DNA of 9,699 nucleotides from an uncultured Methanosarcinales archaeon (GTDB lineage Archaea; Nanobdellota; Nanobdellia; Woesearchaeales; GW2011-AR9). Made by a program: the position numbers and the translations under genes. Each line of letters starts with the position of its first letter. Positions within the stretch are counted from its first letter, which is position 1. This document shows positions 1 to 5,435 of the stretch, one piece after another. Under the pieces are notes generated by a model. That model was not told where the DNA came from and made no database searches. It was given only the letters and a program-made list of their open reading frames with translations. The DNA is taken from positions 1,206-10,904 of the forward strand of contig CAZIUU010000012.1 in assembly GCA_964542815.1 (NCBI GenBank). The letters run 5' to 3'.

Positions 1-103
1 CTCTAGAACCTTCTTCTAATCCCATCTCTTCTCTTATATCTGAGGGTATTGCTATCTGTCCTCTAGAGCTTACAGTTCCCATTTCTACGATTTCAGTGGT
101 CAT
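1..103 (-). CDS. AbrB/SpoVT-type DNA-binding protein, N-terminal fragment (the gene continues beyond the left edge)
   Basis: Manual translation of the minus strand from the ATG at 103..101 gives MTTEIVEMGTVSSRGQIAIPSDIREEMGLEEGSR. This matches the swapped-hairpin AbrB/SpoVT/MazE-like signature (G-x-V-S-x-x-GQI-x-IP-x-x-IRE-x-x-GL-x-x-G). A GGTGA Shine-Dalgarno motif (reverse complement of 109..113) sits 5 nt upstream of the ATG. The ORF is absent from the ORF track because it is truncated by the window edge. Confidence 0.6.
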   Translation of the reverse strand, partial: MTTEIVEMGTVSSRGQIAIPSDIREEMGLEEGSR

Positions 104-182
104 ATTTTTCACCTGCTTTAATTAATAAGATTTACAAGATGTGTCTTGTATATAAACTTTTCGTAGAAAAATGTTTAATTTT

Positions 183-1193
183 TTATTGTAACACCCTAAA
201 CTTAACCTTTGCCTCTTTCAACAAAGCCGTCCCCACATCATCCGGATAAATTGTCTTGGCAATCACTTCTTTAATCCCGGCATTAATTATCATCTTGGCA
301 CATTGATGGCAGGGGGTAAAAGTAGTATAAAGCATCGTTCCCTGGGTGGAAATTCCATTACACGCCGCCTGCACAATAGCATTCTCTTCTGCATGAGCAC
401 AGGTGCAGGGAACTGCATAATAATCTCCGGACTTGATTTTTCCCAAATGCCGCTGCGTGCACCTCAGGCAGCCACCCTGATTGCAGTTTTTGATTCCTTT
501 GGGAGTGCCGCAATACCCTGCAGAAAGAATCTGTTTTTCTTTCACAATTATCGCCCCTTTGGGAGCAGAAAGGCAATTGCTGCGTTTTTTTACCTGGTTA
601 GCGATGTTCATGAAATAATGATCCCAATCTGGACGCTCTTGCTGTAATTTAAACATCCAATCTTGAATTAAGCGTTCAACCTTACCCTGCAGCTTTTCTA
701 CAGTAGAATCATTTACTAACGTAACTTTAGCAAGCTTAGCTACCGTTTTTAATTGCTGGGCATGAGGATCAGTAGTATTTTCTAATTTTTCTTTAGCTCT
801 CATCTCTTCTAAAGTTTTAGGATCCTCTTCACGATTTCGGGCTACTAACCGTTGTAAGCGCACTTTATCTGAAGCAATTACATTAACTAACAAGAAATCT
901 TTACGCTGCTGCAGCGATTTAACTTCATCAGGATTTCTAATGGAAGTAAACACATAATTTTCTCCATCTCTCACTTTAAGCAAAGCGGATTTGGCTAAGA
1001 TGTCTGCGCCCTGTTTTAATCTTAATTCATTTCCCAGGCTGATTAAAGCATCACGGCTGATTTTTTTGTTTCTATTCTTGAGTTCTTCTCTTAAATAATC
1101 CGAAAAAGAAACATGAGTAAAGTTCATCTTCTGCAGAATTTCGGCCGCAGTATCTTTTCCTGCGCCATAACTGCCGGTAATGCCGATTATCAT
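183..1193 (-). CDS. Two-domain fusion of an N-terminal P-loop nucleotide kinase-like domain (CoaE/UPF0200-like) with a C-terminal zinc-dependent dCMP deaminase (ComEB/DCTD family)
   Basis: Residues 1-180 have a P-loop (IIGITGSYGAGKDT) and a small NMP-kinase-like layout (FTSIRNPDEV, VRLQRLVARNRE). Residues 187-336 begin with RPDWDHYFMNIANQV and carry the cytidine/dCMP deaminase zinc motifs CAHAEENAI and PCHQCAKMII, plus the GGCLRC insert typical of dCMP deaminases. Confidence 0.8.
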   Translation of the reverse strand: MIIGITGSYGAGKDTAAEILQKMNFTHVSFSDYLREELKNRNKKISRDALISLGNELRLKQGADILAKSALLKVRDGENYVFTSIRNPDEVKSLQQRKDFLLVNVIASDKVRLQRLVARNREEDPKTLEEMRAKEKLENTTDPHAQQLKTVAKLAKVTLVNDSTVEKLQGKVERLIQDWMFKLQQERPDWDHYFMNIANQVKKRSNCLSAPKGAIIVKEKQILSAGYCGTPKGIKNCNQGGCLRCTQRHLGKIKSGDYYAVPCTCAHAEENAIVQAACNGISTQGTMLYTTFTPCHQCAKMIINAGIKEVIAKTIYPDDVGTALLKEAKVKFRVLQ

Positions 1194-1304
1194 GAACTAC
1201 TTTGAAGAGAATTCGTTTAAATTGATTGTGGTAGAGGAAAATAGATGTACGAGAGCACAAATCTATTTAAAATGAGTATATTTGGTTGAAGTTGGTGATA
1301 GAAT
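1194..1304. promoter_or_regulatory. Divergent promoter region shared by the kinase-deaminase gene and the thyX-tmk operon
   Basis: This 111-bp A/T-rich spacer lies between two divergent start codons. TATA-like tttaaatt (1216..1223) is about 25 nt from the minus-strand ATG at 1193. TATA-like tatttaaaa (1264..1272) and tatattt (1278..1284) lie upstream of thyX, and a GGTGA motif sits at 1294..1298, 6 nt before the ATG at 1305. Confidence 0.45.
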
Positions 1305-2882
1305 ATGGCTTTACAAGTAATTCGTTCTGGACGAAATATTGATGAAGAAGTTTTAGCAGAGCTAATCACAGGCAATAATTCTGAAGAAGTTATTCTCGCC
1401 GCTACTCCGGAAGTGCTTTCTGCAGCTTATGCCCGAATAAGTAGAGATCCACGTCCGGTGGATGAATTAAGAGCAGATGCCCGAAGAGAGGTAGAAAAAT
1501 CCCGAAAATCTACGGAAAACATTGTATTTACTATGGGACATCATTCTGTAGCTGAACATGCCGTTTTAAATTTTGATATTATGGGCTTATCCCGATTAGC
1601 AGTAGAAGCGTTAGAACAGCATCGTTTATGTTCTTACACCGAGAAATCCCAGCGCTACATCACACTTAAAGGCGATTTTGTAGTTCCGGAAGAAATTAAA
1701 GGAAAGCCTGTCGAAAAAGAGTTTAGGAATTTAGTAGAAAATGTACAAAACAAGTTCTACTTTGATAATTTAGAAGCTTTAGAGCAATGGCATACCCAAA
1801 ATCCAGAAACGGAAGCGTTATTGCAGAGAATGAAGATTGTTCCAGAGAATAAACAGTTTAAAACAAAAGAAGTTTATGAAGCCAGAAAAAAAGCCACCAT
1901 TGAAGGCTGGGCTAAAGAAGATGCCAGATATGCTTTAAGCATGGCTACTGAAACTCAATTAGGTTTTACCGCTAATGCCAGAAACTTAGAACACATTATT
2001 CGAAAGTTCAAATATCACTCATTAGCTGAAGTAAGAGAGTTGGGAGCAAAATTATATGCTTCAGCTCGAGAAGTAATTCCTTCATTAATCATTCTTGCGG
2101 ATGAAAAAGAGTTTAAGAAAACGCAGAAAGCTACTCTGAACGAAGAGTTTTTGAGATTGGCATGGCTGGATAGGCATGCTGCTAATTTCGTTACTTTAAA
2201 CCAAGCTGATTGCTCCGATAATGAACGCAAACTGCTCACCAAAGCCAATGAAGTAGATAAAGAAGTGATTTCAGCTTTAATTGTTGGTAAAGGAAGCATG
2301 CCTTTAACCAGAGCATATCATATTTATGATAATATGCCTCCTGAAACAAGAGTAAATTATGTCAAGAAATGCTTAGAGCATCTTTCCGAGTTTGATACTC
2401 TTCCCAGAGAGTTTGAGATGGGAGAATTTACATTTGATTTAGTGATGTCTTCCAGTTGTTATGCTCAATTAAAAAGACATAGGATGTGCACGCAGCTACC
2501 GGGAGCATATGATTTGGAATTAGACATAACCATACCAGAATCGGTGCATGGTATTGGAAAAGCCAAAGCTTTGGCGGAAATTGCCGAGAAAAGCGGAGAT
2601 TTGTATCTCGCAATGCGGTTGCACAGTGATTCACAGCCCTTCGCAGCTGATTACTGCTTAACTAATGCCCATCGCAGAAGTGTTATTTCCAAAATAAATC
2701 TGCGCGAATTGTATCATTTTTCCCGATTAAGAGAAGATGCCCATGCCCAATGGGAAATTCGAGAATTAGCTAATGCAATGTGCGAGGAAGCAAGAAAAGT
2801 TGCTCCGGTTACGACTATGCTTATGGGTGGGAAAGATGAATTTTCGGGGATAAAATCTACAGTATATGGTGAATGTAAATGA
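1305..2882 (+). CDS. thyX: FAD-dependent thymidylate synthase ThyX, double-length form with two tandem ThyX-like domains
   Basis: The N-terminal half has GHHSVAEHAVLNFDIMGLSR, then QHRLCSYTEKSQRY (the ThyX motif RHRxxSxxxxSxRY with its first R replaced by Q) and EDARYALSMATETQ...NARNLEHIIRKF. The C-terminal half has FTFDLVMSSSCYAQLKRHRMCTQ and NLRELYHFSRLREDAHAQWEIRELA (the ThyX C-terminal AQxEIR signature). At 525 aa it is about twice the length of a canonical ThyX monomer. Confidence 0.85.
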   Translation: MALQVIRSGRNIDEEVLAELITGNNSEEVILAATPEVLSAAYARISRDPRPVDELRADARREVEKSRKSTENIVFTMGHHSVAEHAVLNFDIMGLSRLAVEALEQHRLCSYTEKSQRYITLKGDFVVPEEIKGKPVEKEFRNLVENVQNKFYFDNLEALEQWHTQNPETEALLQRMKIVPENKQFKTKEVYEARKKATIEGWAKEDARYALSMATETQLGFTANARNLEHIIRKFKYHSLAEVRELGAKLYASAREVIPSLIILADEKEFKKTQKATLNEEFLRLAWLDRHAANFVTLNQADCSDNERKLLTKANEVDKEVISALIVGKGSMPLTRAYHIYDNMPPETRVNYVKKCLEHLSEFDTLPREFEMGEFTFDLVMSSSCYAQLKRHRMCTQLPGAYDLELDITIPESVHGIGKAKALAEIAEKSGDLYLAMRLHSDSQPFAADYCLTNAHRRSVISKINLRELYHFSRLREDAHAQWEIRELANAMCEEARKVAPVTTMLMGGKDEFSGIKSTVYGECK

Positions 2883-3637
2883 GACGATGGTATAAAGATC
2901 CTCAGAAAAGAGGCAAATTCGTAGTAGTAGATGGCATCGACGGAGTAGGCAAAGGAGTATTCTTAGATACATTCGTAGAAGAAGCCAAGAAAGATAATAA
3001 AAAAGTGTTTGATGTAAATGAGTTTTGGAAGCAGCATGAGATTAATCCTAGAATAAACAACATCATTGGAAAATATAATGTGGTACTCACTTCAGAGCCT
3101 ACGTTTATGGGTACAGGTAAACTGATTCGTGATGAGTTAATTGCTATGGGAAGAAATTATCCCGTAGAATTGGTAGCATTGGCTTATTCTTTAGATAGAA
3201 GAGTATTATACGGAGAATTACTCTTGCCGTTGTTAAGCGCTGGTGTGGATGTGTATCAAAGCCGTTCATTTTCCACCAGTTTGGTGTATCAACGGCAGAT
3301 GGCTGTTAACCAGAATAAACCGGAATTCACTATGGGAAAGCTCTTAAGTATTCCAGGCAACGAATTCTGTTCCAGGAATCCGATGGACCATCTGATAGTT
3401 CCTACGATTAAAGATGTAGAAGAAGCAGTACGGCGTTCTCAATCTCGAGATAAGCAGGATAATTGTGCGTTTGAGAATCTGGAGTTCCAGTTGAAAGCCA
3501 GAGAATTATATGAAAGCAGAGATTTCAGAAGGCTCTTTAAAGGATTAAACATTCCGTTAACTTATATGGATGCAGGGGTTTCCATTGAGTTCTCTAAAGA
3601 GCAGGCGAGAGAGTTTTATATGAAGAATTTACGATAA
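2879..3637 (+). CDS. tmk: Thymidylate kinase (dTMP kinase) family protein, divergent
   Basis: Tmk-like signatures: FVVVDGIDGVGKGV (Tmk P-loop context GxDGxGK), TSEPTFMGTGKLIRDEL (Tmk T-x-EP-x-x-x-x-G-x-x-IR), ALAYSLDRRV, VYQSRSFSTSLVYQ (in place of DRYxxSxxAYQ), and the lid/C-terminal RRSQSRDKQDNCAFENLEFQLKARELYE. The start ATG overlaps the thyX stop (ATGA at 2879..2882), and a tandem stop taa-taa lies at 3635..3640. Confidence 0.7.
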   Translation: MRRWYKDPQKRGKFVVVDGIDGVGKGVFLDTFVEEAKKDNKKVFDVNEFWKQHEINPRINNIIGKYNVVLTSEPTFMGTGKLIRDELIAMGRNYPVELVALAYSLDRRVLYGELLLPLLSAGVDVYQSRSFSTSLVYQRQMAVNQNKPEFTMGKLLSIPGNEFCSRNPMDHLIVPTIKDVEEAVRRSQSRDKQDNCAFENLEFQLKARELYESRDFRRLFKGLNIPLTYMDAGVSIEFSKEQAREFYMKNLR

Positions 3638-3680
3638 TAATACTAAAAAAATATTAAAGATGAGAAAAAACTATTTTTTC

Positions 3681-3809
3681 GTATTTGTTTAGCATCTTCA
3701 AAATCCTCGCAGTGTGATTGTAAAAGCGACATCTCCGTAGGAGTCATCCCTCTGTCGCTCTCTCAGTCATAATCAAATGGATTTTGACCTTATGATGTTA
3801 AACAAATAC
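3681..3809 (+). repeat. 129-bp nested inverted-repeat/hairpin element (candidate structured small RNA or MITE-like element)
   Basis: Five nested helices were read directly: 3681-3696/3794-3809 (16 bp), 3698-3706/3779-3787 (9 bp), 3715-3721/3769-3775 (7 bp), 3725-3731/3753-3759 (7 bp) and 3733-3736/3740-3743 (4 bp). The element is flanked by tattttttc (3672..3680) and tatttttc (3810..3817). It has no ORF and no recognisable tRNA, rRNA or C/D-box signature. Confidence 0.5.
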
Positions 3810-4126
3810 TATTTTTCTATTTCCTCATCCTCTTCGTTAAAAAAAGATTCTAGCTTCTTGCAGTTCATCTGCGCCCCATAAGATATTTTAGACACACCTA
3901 CCACCCCCAATTCCCTAAACATCTATCAAAAATAGGTAAATGGCAGGGGTATATAAATTATACTGGTGGCGAAAATATAGTGAAGGAGATTAGAAATCAA
4001 ACCGTAAGTATTGGGAATTATATTTTACAGACGAAGAAAGAACGATATTTATAGTAAATTTTTGTGTAAAAAATAGGAGTACTACTTTAAGTTAAAGAAA
4101 AAGATTCACTTTTTTTAAGAATTATT

Positions 4127-4390
4127 TTACTGTTTTTCTTTTGGAATTAGAACACTAATTTTACGAATGTGACGAATTGATTCATAACTTTCTCTTTCAA
4201 ACTTCTGGTGGACCCCGTCAAATGAATGGTAACCAAATTGATAATATCTCACTCGTGGAGATGGTTTTTCATCTATGCAATTAAAATATCCAACAGTTGT
4301 TCTGATGTCCGAACTAAATTCTACTTCAGCTTCAATCTCTATCGGAGAATATTTCGGGATATTCATCTTCACCAAATCATCAAGTTTCAT
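4127..4390 (-). CDS. Hypothetical small protein (87 aa), no recognised family
   Basis: The ORF stands alone with no competing ORF. A TATA-like gtataaatag (reverse complement of 4411..4420) lies about 25 nt upstream of the ATG at 4390, consistent with a leaderless archaeal transcript. I recognise no motifs in it. Confidence 0.45.
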   Translation of the reverse strand: MKLDDLVKMNIPKYSPIEIEAEVEFSSDIRTTVGYFNCIDEKPSPRVRYYQFGYHSFDGVHQKFERESYESIRHIRKISVLIPKEKQ

Positions 4391-4462
4391 ATGTGAATTG
4401 TAATCTCGAGTCTATTTATACTTTATGGTGCTCTATTCTCGCTGTTGTAGAGTTTACTATTT

Positions 4463-5008
4463 TTAATTCTGAGGTAATTGTTGAGCTTTCTTCCCCTTAT
4501 GTGTCTCCATGAAACTTATCACGTTATGGCTGAACAATTCTCCGGTTTCAGCATTTATCTTCAGGTTAGCAAACTTTAAAGTTTTAGTGATAAAAGAAAC
4601 GTTCCATTGCACTACTTCGTTCAAAGTTTGTAAGATAATAAACCCATTTCCTAGAATCTCTTTAGGGAAATGCAATATTTTGCTTTCATTAGCGGTTTTT
4701 TGCACTTCTCCGACGCTTACTTTAACTTTATCCAAATCTAATTCTTCTACTTTAGTGTTTTTATCTTTAAACACTTCATCAGCAGGTTTGATGGCAAAAC
4801 TCTGATTTTCTAATAAAGCAAATACAGTTATCTTCCCATCATTAGGATTAAGCCAGCCGATTTCCCATTCGCCTAATGGCTCAAGCTCAGAATTTATCGG
4901 ACAAAAAAAATGAGAAATATAACTGGATGTATGATTTTTCTTCCATTCTTGGAATAACTCTTCTTCTTTCAACAGTTCAATTACTTTCAAAGGAGAAACT
5001 AAAGACAT
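4463..5008 (-). CDS. Hypothetical protein (181 aa from the MSLVSP start), no confident family assignment; beta-rich and possibly PepSY-like
   Basis: I prefer the ATG at 5008..5006, which overlaps the TFS stop by one base (TAATG), over the track start at 5038, which would overlap TFS by 31 nt. The C-terminal WNVSF...LKINAETGELFSH loosely resembles PepSY-type repeats. That resemblance is unverified. Confidence 0.55.
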   Translation of the reverse strand: MSLVSPLKVIELLKEEELFQEWKKNHTSSYISHFFCPINSELEPLGEWEIGWLNPNDGKITVFALLENQSFAIKPADEVFKDKNTKVEELDLDKVKVSVGEVQKTANESKILHFPKEILGNGFIILQTLNEVVQWNVSFITKTLKFANLKINAETGELFSHNVISFMETHKGKKAQQLPQN

Positions 5009-5319
5009 TATGAATATTCTCTCCAAGTAAACCGGCATTTGGTGCAGCGGAAGAATCTCGTTTCCGGCTCATCTGCCCCTCGAGTTTGCTGAGTCCAATA
5101 ATAAGCCATATTATTACCGCATTTTTCACAGGTTGTTTTAATTTTAGGATGGGTTTCTAAGTTTTCCATCACTTCTATCTTCTTTCCTGCATCTACTTTT
5201 TCGGTTATTTCAGTAGATTCACCTTCTATAGATTTAGTAAAGCCGCACGTACAGAACAGTACCTTTTTACCGCCTTTATCTTTTGGTCTTAATAAAGATC
5301 CGCATTTAGGACAAAACAT
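5008..5319 (-). CDS. tfs: Transcription factor S (TFS; TFIIS/RpoM-type zinc-ribbon transcript cleavage factor)
   Basis: The N-terminal zinc ribbon is CPKCGS...CTCG. The C-terminal TFIIS-type ribbon is CEKCGNNMAYYWTQQTRGADEPETRFFRCTKCRFTW, with the acidic ADE hairpin. The 103-aa length is typical. A strong SD (ggggggtgaggg, reverse complement of 5323..5334) lies just upstream of the ATG. Confidence 0.88.
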   Translation of the reverse strand: MFCPKCGSLLRPKDKGGKKVLFCTCGFTKSIEGESTEITEKVDAGKKIEVMENLETHPKIKTTCEKCGNNMAYYWTQQTRGADEPETRFFRCTKCRFTWREYS

Positions 5320-5435
5320 AAGCCCTCACCCCCCTGTTTTAATGTAAGATTCAGGGGTAGTTTATAATAATTGTGTATAATTTTGGTTGGAGAAAAGGCG
5401 GTGTTTGAACAATATTCACTTAACTCACCCATTCG

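Noticed and set aside
303-647. Antisense or shadow ORFs in the six-frame track: 303..647(+), 358..576(-), 1072..1260(-), 2015..2299(-), 2428..2634(-), 2766..2972(-), 2902..3090(-), 4509..4805(+), 7602..7787(-), 8533..8736(+) and 8833..9063(-).
   Set aside because: Each lies inside, or substantially overlaps, a longer ORF that has clear family motifs. Their translations are low-complexity or Cys/Leu/Ser/Phe-rich with no recognisable motifs and no start-site context. This is typical of shadow frames in AT-rich DNA.
183-3637. The dCMP deaminase / thymidylate synthase / kinase trio as a viral DNA base-hypermodification cassette or prophage fragment.
   Set aside because: The window contains no integrase, capsid, terminase, att-like repeats or glycosyl/amino-transferase genes. 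The known phage hypermodification pathways I am aware of use ThyA-like enzymes rather than ThyX. Housekeeping dTTP synthesis or salvage is the more economical reading. I kept the idea only as a caveat in the module finding.
3681-3809. The hairpin element as a tRNA, split-tRNA half, C/D-box or H/ACA sRNA, or retron-like msr/msd.
   Set aside because: It has no cloverleaf and no GTTCRAATC-like T-loop. An AUGAUGU at 3792..3798 is not positioned like a C box and lacks a matching terminal D box (CUGA) on the + strand. There is no K-turn plus ACA arrangement that I can defend. No reverse transcriptase gene lies nearby.
3940-3993. Micro-ORFs in the long intergenic gap: a 17-codon + strand ORF (MAGVYKLYWWRKYSEGD, 3940..3993) and a 19-codon - strand ORF (MNCKKLESFFNEEDEEIEK, 3868..3809).
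   Set aside because: ORFs of this length are expected by chance in 490 bp. Neither has a convincing SD or promoter, and I can assess no conservation. The second overlaps the hairpin arm.
4096-4116. An A/T-only hairpin (agaaaaag-attca-cttttttt) just downstream of the 87-aa ORF, as a possible intrinsic terminator.
   Set aside because: The stem is almost entirely A-T with one G-U, so it would be marginally stable. Archaeal termination needs only oligo-T tracts, so the hairpin adds no evidence beyond the T/A runs themselves.
4463-5038. The track start codon at 5038 for the 191-aa ORF (MPVYLERIFIMSLVSP...).
   Set aside because: This start would overlap the 3' end of TFS by 31 nt. The internal ATG at 5008 gives a classic TAATG stop/start junction with TFS, so I annotated 4463..5008. 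The longer form cannot be strictly excluded.
5329-5358. A 6-bp stem (cccctg/cagggg) with a 15-nt loop abutting the TFS Shine-Dalgarno sequence, as a possible translational control hairpin.
   Set aside because: The stem is short and the loop is large. It only abuts the GGTGA core rather than covering it, and G/C runs of this size arise easily next to a G-rich SD. The evidence is not enough to call a regulatory element.
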